A DNA stretch of 64,000 bases, taken from the NCBI GenBank assembly GCA_963766715.1, contig CAVYBH010000011.1:1-64000 (forward strand), written 5' to 3'. This document shows, in pieces, positions 37,986-51,966 of the stretch; within the stretch, counting starts at the first letter, position 1; every line of letters starts with the position of its first letter. Source of the stretch: an uncultured delta proteobacterium (lineage in GTDB: Bacteria; Myxococcota; Myxococcia; Myxococcales; Anaeromyxobacteraceae). Under the pieces are notes generated by a model, which was given only the letters and a program-made list of their open reading frames with translations, had not been told where the DNA came from and made no database searches. A program made the position numbers and the translations under genes.

Positions 37986-39271
37986 AGACCGACCTGTCGC
38001 AGAAGCTCTTCCAGAAGGCCCAGACCCTCTTCCCGGGCGGCGTGAACAGCCCGGTGCGCGCCTTCCGGAGCGTGGGGATGACGCCGCTCTTCATCTCCCG
38101 GGCCAAGGGCTCGAAGATCTTCGACGTCGACGGGAACGTCTTCGTCGACTACGTGGGCAGCTGGGGCCCGGCCATCCTCGGCCACGCCAACGTCGAGGTG
38201 ATCCGGGAGGTCGACGAGCAGCTGCGCAACGGCTCCAGCTTCGGCGCCCCCTCGCCGCGGGAGATCCAGCTGGCCGAGGTGGTCCGCGAGCGGGCTCCCT
38301 GGATCGAGAAGATGCGCTTCGTCTCCTCCGGGACCGAGGCCACCACCGCCGCCATCCGGCTGGCCCGCGGGTTCACGGGGCGCGACGACATCCTCAAGTT
38401 CGACGGCTGCTACCACGGCGCCGGCGATCCGCTGCTCGTGAAGGCCGGCTCCGGGGTGGAGACGCTCGGCCTGCCCGACTCGCCGGGCGTCCCGGCCGAC
38501 GTGGCCCGCCACACCCTCACGCTCCCCTACAACGACCTGCCGGCGGTGGAGAAGCTGCTCGCCGAGCGGGGCGCCTCCATCGCCTGCATCATCGTCGAGC
38601 CGGTGGTGGGGAACATGGGCGTGCTCGTCCCCCGGCCCGGGTATCTCCAGGGGCTCCTCGACCTCGCCCGCAAGCACGGGACGCTGCTCATCATCGACGA
38701 GGTCATGACCGGCTTCCGGCTGGCGCCGGGCGGCGCCTGCGAGGTCTACGGGATCCGTCCCGACCTCGTCACCTTCGGCAAGGTGATCGGCGGCGGGCTC
38801 CCGGTCGGCGCGTTCGGCGGCCGCCCGGACGTGATGGACCGGATCGCCCCGGCCGGCCCGGTCTACCAGGCCGGAACCCTCTCCGGGAACCCGCTCGCCA
38901 TGTCGGCGGGCATCGCCACCCTCCGGCAGCTCGGCCCGGCCCAGTACGCCCGGCTGGAGCAGCTCGGCCAGAAGCTCGAGGCCGGGCTGGTCGAGGCGGC
39001 GCGGGAGGCCGGGGCGAAGGTGCAGGTCAACCGGGTGGGGTCGATGATCACGGTCTTCTTCTCGCCCGACCCGGTCTTCGACGCGGCCAGCGCCCGGAAG
39101 GCCGACACGAAGAAATTCGCCAAGTATTTCCAGGTGATGCTCGAGAACGGCATCTACCTGCCGCCCTCCCAGTTCGAGGCGGCCTTCCTCTCGACCTCCC
39201 ACACCGACGAGGACGTCGAGGCGACGGTGGCGGCGGCCCGGAAGGCCTTCGCCGAGGCCGTGAAGGCCTAG
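37982..39271 (+). CDS. hemL: Glutamate-1-semialdehyde 2,1-aminomutase
   Basis: PGGVNSPVRAF, SGTEAT, DEVMTGFR, FGKVIGGG, YQAGTLSGNP. Confidence 0.97.
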   Translation: MKTDLSQKLFQKAQTLFPGGVNSPVRAFRSVGMTPLFISRAKGSKIFDVDGNVFVDYVGSWGPAILGHANVEVIREVDEQLRNGSSFGAPSPREIQLAEVVRERAPWIEKMRFVSSGTEATTAAIRLARGFTGRDDILKFDGCYHGAGDPLLVKAGSGVETLGLPDSPGVPADVARHTLTLPYNDLPAVEKLLAERGASIACIIVEPVVGNMGVLVPRPGYLQGLLDLARKHGTLLIIDEVMTGFRLAPGGACEVYGIRPDLVTFGKVIGGGLPVGAFGGRPDVMDRIAPAGPVYQAGTLSGNPLAMSAGIATLRQLGPAQYARLEQLGQKLEAGLVEAAREAGAKVQVNRVGSMITVFFSPDPVFDAASARKADTKKFAKYFQVMLENGIYLPPSQFEAAFLSTSHTDEDVEATVAAARKAFAEAVKA

Positions 39272-39293
39272 CCCGGGAGGCGGTCCGGCGGCA

Positions 39294-39322
39294 TTGACGG
39301 GTTCGGGCGGGACTGCTATACG
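39294..39322 (+). promoter_or_regulatory. Putative promoter of the Fo operon
   Basis: TTGACG-17 bp-TATACG with TGn extension. Confidence 0.6.
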
Positions 39323-39383
39323 GTTCCGCCCTTCCTCTCGGTATTCACAGGAGAATCCGGGAGAGAGGGCTGGAGGAAACCCG

Positions 39384-39647
39384 ATGACCCCGGACGATCC
39401 AAAGCGTCGCGGGGAGGACGAGGACGGGCTTTCGAACCTGGCCTCGGCCTACCAGAAGGCGGGTCCGTACATCGGGGCCTCGACGACGCTGGTCGCTTCG
39501 GTCGGCCTGTTCGCGGCGGCCGGGTGGTGGATCGACAAGAAGGTCGGTACCGAGAAGCCCTGGTTCCTCATCGCCGGGTCGCTCCTCGGGATGTTGGGCG
39601 GTTTCATCAGCTTCTTTCGGCAGGTCCTGGGAAAGCAGAAGAAGTGA
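39384..39647 (+). CDS. AtpZ/AtpI-family small membrane protein
   Basis: GWWIDKKVGTEKPWF...GMLGGF; GGAGG SD; first gene of Fo cluster. Confidence 0.85.
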   Translation: MTPDDPKRRGEDEDGLSNLASAYQKAGPYIGASTTLVASVGLFAAAGWWIDKKVGTEKPWFLIAGSLLGMLGGFISFFRQVLGKQKK

Positions 39648-40016
39648 AGAGCCACCTCCTCGCTGCCGCCGGCGTCGCGGCCCTCGCCCTCGGCGTCGCG
39701 GCCCTCTCCGGGGATGCGCGCCGGCCGGCGCTCATCGGCGCGGCCATCTCCTGCGGCACCGGCCTGGCCTCGCTGGCCGGCTTCGGCCACTTCGGGAAGA
39801 GCGCCGTCGCAGCCGGTCCAGAAGGCGCTGCTCGTCTTCGCCGCCATGTTCTTCGCCCGCCTGGTCCTCGTCGGCGCCGGCGTGGCCGCGGTGGCCCGCG
39901 CCCACGAGAGCGTGCTGGCCTTCGTGATCGCCTTCTTCGTTCCGTACTTCGCATTCACCGCGATCGAGGGGAGCTACGTCAGCGCCCTCGGCCGCGGCAT
40001 GGGGAAGCCCGCATGA
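39644..40016 (+). CDS. AtpI-like membrane protein (frameshift ~39810)
   Basis: Four hydrophobic segments, FFARLVLV; overlaps both neighbours. Confidence 0.65.
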
Positions 40017-41163
40017 CGCTCGCATCCGTCGCCCTCGTCCTCGGCCTGGCCCTCGGCCAGCACGATCCCGCTCCGGCGGTGCCCGCTCCCGCGCCCCACG
40101 GCGCGTCGGCCACCGTGGAGCACGCGGCGCCGGCCCCCCAGGGCGCGGTCGACGCGCACGCCGTCGATGCGCACGCCGCCCCGGCCGCCCACGGCGAGGC
40201 GCTCCGCACGGGGAGGCCGCCGGGCACGGCGGGGGCCACTCGCTTCCCGAGACGATGATGCACCACGTGGCGAACGGCTACGTGATCGAGTACCCGGGGA
40301 TGTGCGACGGCCACTTCGCGTGGAACTGCGAGCTCGACCTCGTGAAGGCCACCGGCGGCGGCTGGAAGATCCACATCGGCACCGCGACCCTCGACATGAC
40401 CCCGTCGAAGCACGTGGTGATGATGCTCATCGCCGCCGCGCTCGTCACGCTCCTGCTCGTCGTCGCCGCCCGCAAGCGCAGCCTGGTCCCGACCGGCCTC
40501 TACAACTTCATCGAGCTGCTCGTCGAGTTCGTCCGCGACATCGCCATCTCCAACATCGGCAAGAAGGACGGGGATCGCTTCGTCCCGTACCTCGCCACCG
40601 CCTTCTTCTTCATCCTGGCGATGAACCTGCTCGGGCTCATCCCCTTCATGGGAACGGCCACCGCCAACGTCTCGGTGACGGTGGCGCTCGCCCTCTTCAC
40701 CTTCTTCATCACCCAGTTCGCGGCCATCAAGTCGATGGGCTGGAAGGGCTACCTGGGCCACCTCACCGGCGGCGTGCCGAAGTCGCTCGCCCCCCTGTGG
40801 ATCATCATGATCCCGGTCGAGTTCCTGGGGCTCTTCACCAAGCCCTTCGCCCTCACCGTCCGTCTCTTCGCGAACATGGTGGCCGGCCACTTCGTCATCC
40901 TGGCCCTGCTCGGCCTCATCTTCGCCATCTCGGTCTGGGTGGCGCCGGTCTCGGTGGCGCTGGCGCTCGGCATCTTCATGCTCGAGCTCTTCGTGGCCTT
41001 CGTGCAGGCCTACATCTTCACCATGCTGTCGGCGCTCTTCATCGGCGCCGGGCTCCAGCACCACGGACACGACGAGCACCACGACGACGATCACGGTCAC
41101 GCCGGTCACGGCGAGGCCGCTCACGCTTCTCACGCGGCCGGGAAGGCTCCCGGCCACGGGTAG
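40013..41163 (+). CDS. atpB: ATP synthase Fo subunit a (frameshift ~40200-40250)
   Basis: [33 protein letters not shown]. Confidence 0.96.
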
Positions 41164-41240
41164 TCGAGCGCAGCACGCGCCACGGGACCGACGGGCGGCC
41201 CGACACGCACCGCCCCACGACGAACGGAACGGAAAACCAC

Positions 41241-41471
41241 ATGAACGCTCTCTCCCTCGGTTACCTCGCCGCCGGCCTCGGCGCCGGCATGGCCGTCATC
41301 GGTGCAGGCCTCGGCATCGGCAAGCTCGCCGCCGCCGCCATGGACGGCTCGGCCCGCCAGCCCACCGCCGCCGGCGACATCCGCACCTCGATGATCATCG
41401 CCGCCGCCCTCATCGAAGGCGCCACGCTGTTCGCCGTCGTGGTCTGCCTGCTCCTCGCCATCGCCAAGTAG
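41241..41471 (+). CDS. atpE: ATP synthase Fo subunit c
   Basis: GAGLGIG, ARQP, ALIEG. Confidence 0.97.
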   Translation: MNALSLGYLAAGLGAGMAVIGAGLGIGKLAAAAMDGSARQPTAAGDIRTSMIIAAALIEGATLFAVVVCLLLAIAK

Positions 41472-41502
41472 TCCGGCGCAACTCGCGCCCCGGAGAAGCC
41501 GG

Positions 41503-42030
41503 ATGAACGCACTCGCATCCCCCGTGCTCGCCGCCGGGATCATGGATCTCAATCCCGGCCTGACGCTGTGGACGGCGATCACGTTCCTCGTCCTCATCTT
41601 CGTGCTGTGGAAGTTCGCCTTCGGGCCCATCTCGAAGATGCTCGTGGAGCGGGAGACCACCATCCGCGACTCCATCGACTCGGCCCGCAAGGAGCGCGAG
41701 GAGGCGGAGAAGCTGCTCGCGCAGCAGAAGGACGCCCTCCTCAAGGCGCAGCGCGAGGCCGCCGAGCTCGCCAAGCGGAACCAGATGGAGATGGAGGCCT
41801 TCCGCACGCAGCTCACGGCCCAGGCCAAGAAGGAGGCCGACGACCTCGTGACCTCCGCGCGGAAGACGATCCAGGAGGAGAAGAAGCTCGCGGTGAGCCA
41901 GCTTCGCGCCGAGGTGGCCGACCTGGCCGTCGCGGCCGCGGCCCGCATCGTGAAGTCCAGCCTGGACGAGAAGACGCAGCGGCAGCTGGTCGACGAGTAC
42001 ATCAAGGACCTTCCCGCCGGCCGGGCCTAG
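41503..42030 (+). CDS. atpF: ATP synthase Fo subunit b
   Basis: WTAITFLVL...KFAFGPI then long charged helix. Confidence 0.95.
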   Translation: MNALASPVLAAGIMDLNPGLTLWTAITFLVLIFVLWKFAFGPISKMLVERETTIRDSIDSARKEREEAEKLLAQQKDALLKAQREAAELAKRNQMEMEAFRTQLTAQAKKEADDLVTSARKTIQEEKKLAVSQLRAEVADLAVAAAARIVKSSLDEKTQRQLVDEYIKDLPAGRA

Positions 42031-42053
42031 ACCCGGACGGCAGTCCTCGCGCG

Positions 42054-42091
42054 GCTCCGGCGGACGACCGTCCGCCGGAGCTTCGCTTTTT
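42054..42091 (+). terminator. Terminator after atpF
   Basis: GCTCCGGCGGAC-GACC-GTCCGCCGGAGC-TTCGCTTTTT. Confidence 0.8.
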
Positions 42092-42111
42092 CACGGAGTG
42101 AATCGCACACC

Positions 42112-43222
42112 ATGGGTCTCGCCATCGGAATCGTCGGCCTGCCGAACGTCGGCAAGTCGACCCTCTTCAACGCGTTGCTCGGCCAGGCGCAGGCCCAGGC
42201 GGCCAACTACCCGTTCTGCACCATCGACCCGAACGTCGGGGTGGTGCCGGTGCCGGACGAGCGCCTCGTGCAGCTCGCCGCCCTCTTCCACCCGATGAAG
42301 ACCGTCCCCACCACGCTCGAGTTCGTCGACATCGCCGGGCTGGTGGCCGGCGCGTCGAAGGGGGAGGGGCTGGGGAACCAGTTCCTCTCCCACATCCGCC
42401 AGGTGGACGCGATCGCCCACGTGCTGCGCTGCTTCGCCGATCCCGACGTGGTCCACGTCGGCGGCAAGGTGGACCCGCGCGGCGACCGGGACGTGGTCGA
42501 GACCGAGCTCATGCTGAAGGACCTCGAGCAGATCGAGCGCCGGCGCGAGCGGAAGGCGAAGGAGGCCAAGGCGCCGGGCAAGCCGGGCGAGCTCGCCAAG
42601 GCCGAGATCGCGGTGCTCGACGAGGTGAAGGCCGGCCTGGAGAAGGGGACCCCGGTGCGGCTGCAGAAGCTCGCGCCCGAGGCGCTCGTCATCCTCTCCG
42701 ACCTCTTCCTCCTCACCGGGAAGCCGGTGCTCTACATCGCCAACGTGGACGAGGACCAGCTCACCCGCGCCGACGACCCGACGGTGGCGAAGGTGAAGGA
42801 GCTGGCCGCCGAGGAGGGAGCCCGCTGCGTCGTCATCAGCGGGAAGGTGGAGGCCGAGCTCTCCGAGCTGCCCGAGGGCGGAGCGCCTCGACTTCCTGCA
42901 CAGCCTGGGGCTCGAGCAGCCGGGGCTGAACCGGCTGGTCCGCACCGGCTACGAGCTGCTCGGCCTCTCCACCTTCTTCACGGTGGGCGTGGACGAGTGC
43001 CGGGCCTGGACCATCCACGACGGGATGTCCGCGCCGCAGGCGGCCGGCACCATCCACACCGACTTCGAGCGCGGCTTCATCAAGGCCGACGTGCAGCGGT
43101 GGGAGGACCTGGTGCAGCTCAAGACCGAGGCGGCCGTGAAGGAGAAGGGGCTGCTCCGCATCGAGGGCAAGGAGTACCGGGTGAAGGACGGCGACGTGAT
43201 GCACTTCCGATTCAACGTGTGA
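42112..43222 (+). CDS. ychF: Ribosome-binding ATPase YchF (frameshift ~42878)
   Basis: [42 protein letters not shown]. Confidence 0.96.
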
Positions 43223-43239
43223 GACCGGGCGGCGCCCCG

Positions 43240-44040
43240 CTACCTGGCCAGCCAGCCGATCTCCCGCGCGGTGGCCGCCCCGACCCGGAGCTCGTCGAGG
43301 GTCTCGGGAGCCGCCCCCGCTCCGGCCCGAGCGCCACCTCTCCCGCCATCCACTCCGCGTGATCCTGCGGATACCGCGGGACGCGCTCCGGGTCGGCCAG
43401 GCCGTCCGGCTCGCGCGCGTGCCCGCTCCCGTCGTACTTGTCCGTCGCGCCGACCATGTGGAGCAGCTCGTGCCCCACCACCTGCAGCGGGATGGTGAGG
43501 TCGCCGGACGCCGATCCCCGGACGAAGGCCACCTCGCCGTTCAGCGCGCCGGACCCCTCGGCGAACACCATGTCGCGGCCCTGCACGGGCGCCGCCTGGA
43601 AGAACACGCGGACGTCGAAGCCGCCCACGACGCCTCCCGCGGCCGAGTCGATCCCGCGCACGGTTCGCCAGACGTCGAGCGCGTGCCAGGCCCGGTCCGA
43701 CGCCGCCGACGTCGGCGGAGAGAACGGAAGCGTCCCGGTCCAGGGAACCGGACCGACCACGGAGAACTCGAAGGGCGCGGCCTCGCCGCCCCGGTACCGG
43801 TGCATCTCCTCGCCGAGCCGCGCGGAGAGGCGGGCGGCGTCGCGCCGCCAGGCGTCCATGTCCACGGCGCCGGCCGGCGCGAGCAGCACGATCCCCACCT
43901 GGAGCGGGCGCTCCCAGTGGGCGCGCAGCCGGCGCCGGTAGGCGGTCGAGGCGCCCCAGGCCGCGGTGAAGGCCAGCACGCCGAGGAGGAGGCGCGATCC
44001 GGACCTTCCGGAAGGTGGCGCGGGAGGTCGAGGGAGCCAC
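43240..44040 (-). CDS. Membrane-anchored zincin-like (HExxH) protein (frameshifts ~43995, ~43305)
   Basis: N-terminal TM; HELLHMVGATDKY; WMAG. Confidence 0.7.
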   Translation of the reverse strand: MAPSTSRATFRKVRIAPPPRRAGLHRGLGRLDRLPAPAARPLGAPAPGGDRAARAGRRRGHGRLAARRRPPLRAARRGDAPVPGRRGRALRVLRGRSGSLDRDASVLSADVGGVGPGLARARRLANRARDRLGRGRRRGRLRRPRVLPGGARAGPRHGVRRGVRRAERRGGLRPGIGVRRPHHPAAGGGARAAPHGRRDGQVRRERARARAGRPGRPGARPAVSAGSRGVDGGRGGARAGAGAAPETLDELRVGAATAREIGWLAR

Positions 44041-44044
44041 TGCG

Positions 44045-45031
44045 CTACGGGATCCCGCGCCGCCGGGCGATCGAGGCGGCCAGCCGGAGGGCGGTTCGCA
44101 TGCTGCGATCGCTGGCCGCCCGGTGCCGGCCAGGTCCCAGGCCACGCCGTGATCGGGGCTGGTGCGGACGAAGGGGAGGCCCAGGGTCACGTTGACCGCG
44201 GAGTCGCCGAGCACCGCGTCGAGCAGCTTCACCGGGATGAGCCCCTGGTCGTGGTAGAGCGCCACCACCGCGTCGAACTCGCCGGCCGCGGCCCGGAAGA
44301 AGACGCTGTCCGGGGGGAACGGACCGCGGGCGTCCATGCCGGCCGCGCGCAGGCGCTCCACCGCCGGGGTGACGACGCGCGCCTCCTCGTCGCCGAACGC
44401 GCCCCCCTCGCCGGCGTGGGGATTCAGGCCGGCCACGGCGATGCGGGGTCGCGCGATCCCGAGATCGCGGCGCAGGCCTTCCCAGGTGACCGCGGCGACG
44501 GCGGCGATCCGGGCCGGGGTGAGCCGGCGGATCGCCTCCCGCAGCGAGAGGTGGTTCGTGACCAGCGCGACCCGGAGCCGGCGCCCGGCCAGCATCATCA
44601 CGGAACGTGAACCGCCGCCCCGGGCCTCGAGCCACTCGGTGTGGCCCACGAAGCCGGGGAGCGAGCCGGCCACCTGCGCCTTGGAGAGCGGCGCGGTGCA
44701 GAGCGCCTGGGCCTGGCCGCCCGCGAGCGCCGCGAAGGCCGCCTCGAGGTAGCGCGAGGGAGGCGGCCCCGCCGGCCGGAGAGGGCTTTCCCGGGCGCCG
44801 GTCGGCCGCCGCGAGCCGGGTCACCCGGACGAGCGCGCCGCCGCGGGGGAGGGGATCCCCGGGGGCGACCACCGGGAGGTCGAGCCCGGCCCGGCGCAGG
44901 AGCCGCTCGAACGACGCGTCGCCGAAGGCCAGCGGGCTGACCCGCCCGCGCAGCGCCGCCAGCGCCGAGGCGGTCACCTCCGGCCCGATGCCGGAGGGAT
45001 CCCCGAGGCTCACGGCGACGCGGATCGGCAT
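44045..45031 (-). CDS. pdxA: 4-hydroxythreonine-4-phosphate dehydrogenase (frameshifts ~44755, ~44125)
   Basis: GDPSGIGPE, GHTE, LNPHAGE, YHDQG, RTSPDHG. Confidence 0.95.
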   Translation of the reverse strand: MPIRVAVSLGDPSGIGPEVTASALAALRGRVSPLAFGDASFERLLRRAGLDLPVVAPGDPLPRGGALVRVTRLAAADRRPGKPSPAGGAASLALPRGGLRGARGRPGPGALHRAALQGAGGRLAPRLRGPHRVARGPGRRFTFRDDAGRAPAPGRAGHEPPLAAGGDPPAHPGPDRRRRRGHLGRPAPRSRDRATPHRRGRPESPRRRGGRVRRRGGARRHPGGGAPARGRHGRPRSVPPGQRLLPGRGRRVRRGGGALPRPGAHPGEAARRGARRLRGQRDPGPPLRPHQPRSRRGLGPGRHRAASDRSMRTALRLAASIARRRGIP

Positions 45032-45033
45032 GG

Positions 45034-46026
45034 CTACGACGCCGGCGAGACCTCGAGCTCCGGGATCTTGGTCTCGATCACGGCCTCGCGCTTCAGCTCC
45101 TCGATGTACTGCTTGCGGTAGATCTCGGCCTGCTGGTTCCCGATCTTCTCGCGGATGCGGTCCTTCACCTCGTCGAGCGGCGGCGCCTTGCTCGCGCGCT
45201 TGTCCTCGGCCTTCAGGATGATCCAGCCGGTCTTCGCCCGGACGAGCCCGGAGTTCTGGCCGGGCGCGAGGACGAAGGCCACCCGCTCCAGGTCGATGGG
45301 CATGGTGCCCTTCTTCACCCATCCCAGGTCGCCGCCCGACGACGCGCCGGGACCCTGGGAGACCTGCCTCGCCAGGTCCGCGAAGTCCTCCCCGGCCGCC
45401 AGCCGCGTCAGCAGGACCTCGCCGGACGCCTTGACGCGGGCGTCCTCCTCCGCGGGCGCGCCCGCCGGCACGGTGAGCAGGATGAGCCGGAGCTTCATCT
45501 GCTCCTCGCCGGCGAACTCCGAGAGGTGCGACTGGTAGTACCCGCGGATGTCGTCGTCCGACACCTTCACCCGGTTCTGCACCTTGGCCATGATGAGCAG
45601 GTGGTTCTCGAAGTCCTTCCGGAGCCGCTCGCGGTAGGCCTTCAGATCCAGCCCCTCCGAGGCCAGCGCCTGCTTCAGCATCTCGTCGGAGAGGTTGTTG
45701 CGCTTCTTCACGTCGTCGACCGCGGCGTCGATCTGGGCCTCCGTCACCTCGATGCCGAGGGTCTTCGCCTCGCCCTCGACGAGCCGCTCGGCCACGACCT
45801 GGTCGAAGGCGGACTGCAGGGCCTTGGCGCGGGCCCGGTCGCGGGAGGCGCCGGGGGGCATGGCGTCGGCGCGCCGGTACTCGGTGCCGGAACGGGCGAC
45901 GAGCTCGGAGAGGGTGACCACGTCGCCGTTCACCACGGCGGCGACGCGGTCGATCTGGCGCCTCTCCGGGGCGGTGGAGGCGGGAGCGGCCAGCAGGGCC
46001 GCCAGGAGGAGGAGGGACGGGGTCAT
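45034..46026 (-). CDS. surA: SurA-like peptidyl-prolyl isomerase/chaperone
   Basis: DRVAAVVNGDVVT, GGDLGW; directly upstream of pdxA. Confidence 0.85.
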   Translation of the reverse strand: MTPSLLLLAALLAAPASTAPERRQIDRVAAVVNGDVVTLSELVARSGTEYRRADAMPPGASRDRARAKALQSAFDQVVAERLVEGEAKTLGIEVTEAQIDAAVDDVKKRNNLSDEMLKQALASEGLDLKAYRERLRKDFENHLLIMAKVQNRVKVSDDDIRGYYQSHLSEFAGEEQMKLRLILLTVPAGAPAEEDARVKASGEVLLTRLAAGEDFADLARQVSQGPGASSGGDLGWVKKGTMPIDLERVAFVLAPGQNSGLVRAKTGWIILKAEDKRASKAPPLDEVKDRIREKIGNQQAEIYRKQYIEELKREAVIETKIPELEVSPAS

Positions 46027-46974
46027 CAAGGTTTCACCGATGCGACGGCCGCGGGGTCGATCTCGGATCTTCGCCCGGGCCCGGAGGGCGGCCACGTAAT
46101 CCTCCTGGGCCTTCGCCCGCCGCTCCCGCAGGAGCCGGGCGGCGATGACCGGCCGGGCCTGCTCGAGCGTGCGGCTGGACGGGGACTTCTTCTCGAGCAC
46201 CTGGAACACGTGGAAGCCGAACGGGGACGGCACCACGTCGGAGATGGCGTTCGGCGACAGGCGGAAGCAGACGTCGAACACCTCGGGCATGCCCTGCCCC
46301 TTGCCGAACCAGCCCAGGTCGCCGCCGCGCTTTCCCTCCGGGGCGATGGAGGCCCGGCTGGCGACGTCGGGGAAGGAGGCCGGCTTGCGGCGGACTTCCT
46401 CCCGGAGCTTGGCCGCCTCCTCCCGGGTGCGCACCACGATCTGCCGCGCGTGCACCCGCTCCGGCTCGTCGAACTCGGCGGCGTGGTCGGCGAAGTAGCG
46501 CGCCACGTCGCCGTCCTGGACCTCCACCCGCGAGAAGACCTCCTCGCGGAAGAGCTTCTCCACCGTGAGCTGATCCCGGAGCCGGGCGCGGAGCTCGGCC
46601 ACCGACAGCCGCTCCTGGGCGAGCAGGTCGTCGAAGGCCGTCCCGGGGTACTCGGCCCGGATGGCCAGGAAGGCCCGCTCGACCTGGTCCGGAGCCACCT
46701 CGATGCCCCGGGACCTGGCCTGCTGCAGGAGGAGCGTCCGGGACACCAGGTCGTCGAGGACGCTCGACTTCAGCACGTCGGTGGGACCGTTGCCCTCGCC
46801 GCCGCCGACCCGGAGCTGCTGCAGCTCCCGCTCGAAGGAGGCGCGCGAGACCGGCTCGCCGTTCACCACCGCCACCGGGGCGGGACCCGCGCCCTCCCCG
46901 CCGGACTTGCCGGATCGGCAGCCGGCGGCGAGAAGGGCGAGGAGCAGCCCGGCGATGGCGGCGGGACGACGCAA
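46026..46974 (-). CDS. Parvulin-type PPIase lipoprotein (frameshift ~46065 fuses it to surA in the ORF track)
   Basis: Lipobox AAGC; VHARQIVV, GGDLGWF, SPFGFH. Confidence 0.85.
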
Positions 46975-46975
46975 C

Positions 46976-48022
46976 TTACTTCTGGGCCGGGGGAGCAGCC
47001 TGGGGAGGCGGCATGGACGGGCGGGGCGCGGCGCCCGGGGGCATGCCACCGGGGGGCATCCCACCCGGCATCCCGCCGGGCTGCATTCCGGGCATCCCCG
47101 GACCGCCTGCAGGCGCGGCCGTGACGGTCACCTTCTCGAGCTCGGCGTCGTTCACCGTGATCTTGGCCTCTTCGCGGAGCCGCTTCACGTACTCGTCGAA
47201 CTCGCGGGTGCGCTTCTCGCGCTGCAGGCGGGACTGGATCTGGGGCTTCACCTGGTCGAGGGAGCGGGAGACCCCTTCCTGCCGGCCGGTGACGCGGATG
47301 ATCCAGAAGCCCTGCGCCCCCTCGACGATCACGTCCTCGCCGTCCTTGGTGGCGAAGGCGGCGGCGGCGAGCGCCGGGCCGAACTGCTTGGCGTACTCGT
47401 CCTGCGACCGGAAGCCGAGGTCGCCGCCCGAGGACTTGGTGGCGACGTCGTCCGACGTCGCGCGCGCCAGCGTCTGCAGCGCCTGGGGGTCCTTCTTCTC
47501 GGCGGTCTTCAGCTGCGCGAGGACCTTCTTCGCCTGGGCCGACTTCGCCGCCCGGTCCTTGTCGGTCGCGGCGACGAGCAGGCCGGCGACGCGCACGCGG
47601 GCCGGCTTCACGAAGTCGTCCTTGTGCTCGTCGTAGAACTTCTGGACGTCGGCGTCCGGGATCTCCTTCGCGGCGTCGCCCTCGGCGAACTTCTTCGCGA
47701 TGAGCTTCTGGACCATGGCCTTCTTCATGGCGTTCTGGACGTCGGGATCGTTCTGGAGCCCCTCCTTCTCGGCGGCGTGGGCGAGCAGCTCGATCTTCAG
47801 CATGCTGTCGAGGAACTCCTTCTTCCGGTCCAGGTTCTGGTAGCGCTGCCGGAGGAAGGGGGACTGCTCGTCGAGCCGGGCCTTGTACTCGGTCACGGTG
47901 ATGACGATCCCGTCGCCCTGGGCGACGGCAGGCCCGCTCTTCTGGGAGCCGGGAGGGGTGGGCTTGCAGCCGGTCACGGCGAGGGCAACGGCGATTCCGG
48001 TCGCGACGAGTGCGCGCGTCAT
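46976..48022 (-). CDS. Parvulin-type PPIase lipoprotein with Pro/Gly/Met tail
   Basis: Lipobox VTGC; GGDLGF; (PGGM)n tail. Confidence 0.85.
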   Translation of the reverse strand: MTRALVATGIAVALAVTGCKPTPPGSQKSGPAVAQGDGIVITVTEYKARLDEQSPFLRQRYQNLDRKKEFLDSMLKIELLAHAAEKEGLQNDPDVQNAMKKAMVQKLIAKKFAEGDAAKEIPDADVQKFYDEHKDDFVKPARVRVAGLLVAATDKDRAAKSAQAKKVLAQLKTAEKKDPQALQTLARATSDDVATKSSGGDLGFRSQDEYAKQFGPALAAAAFATKDGEDVIVEGAQGFWIIRVTGRQEGVSRSLDQVKPQIQSRLQREKRTREFDEYVKRLREEAKITVNDAELEKVTVTAAPAGGPGMPGMQPGGMPGGMPPGGMPPGAAPRPSMPPPQAAPPAQK

Positions 48023-48151
48023 CTTGAGGGAAGCTCCTGTGTTCGTTGGGTGAGAAAGGCTGTCCCGGGACAACCCCCGGCATGGCGCCGACGTTCCCGG
48101 GCCAGCCGCGGGAAAAAACCACGAAATCGCGCGGGGATCAAGGATCGCGGC

Positions 48152-51853
<3,702 letters not shown>

Positions 51854-51909
51854 GGCGGCCCGGTGCTTAACACGGGATCGCCGGCAAAGCGGGGCCGGGT
51901 CGGGTGTTG

Positions 51910-51938
51910 TTGATCGGAGGAGGGGGGGTCGATACACT
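51910..51938 (+). promoter_or_regulatory. Putative promoter of TPR-hrcA unit
   Basis: TTGATC-17 bp-TACACT. Confidence 0.5.
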
Positions 51939-51966
51939 TCCCTCTCCGCACCTGGAGCCCCTCGCC

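Noticed and set aside
41241..41471. Na+-translocating ATP synthase
   Set aside because: Subunit c has IEGA and lacks the Gln and Ser/Thr Na+ ligands; consistent with H+ coupling
45034..47064. Apparent fused double PPIase of 676 aa
   Set aside because: An internal signal peptide and a TGATG junction at 46024-46028 show two genes joined by an indel near 46065
47010..47110. Short tandem DNA repeats
   Set aside because: Simply encode the (PGGM)n low-complexity tail of the PPIase
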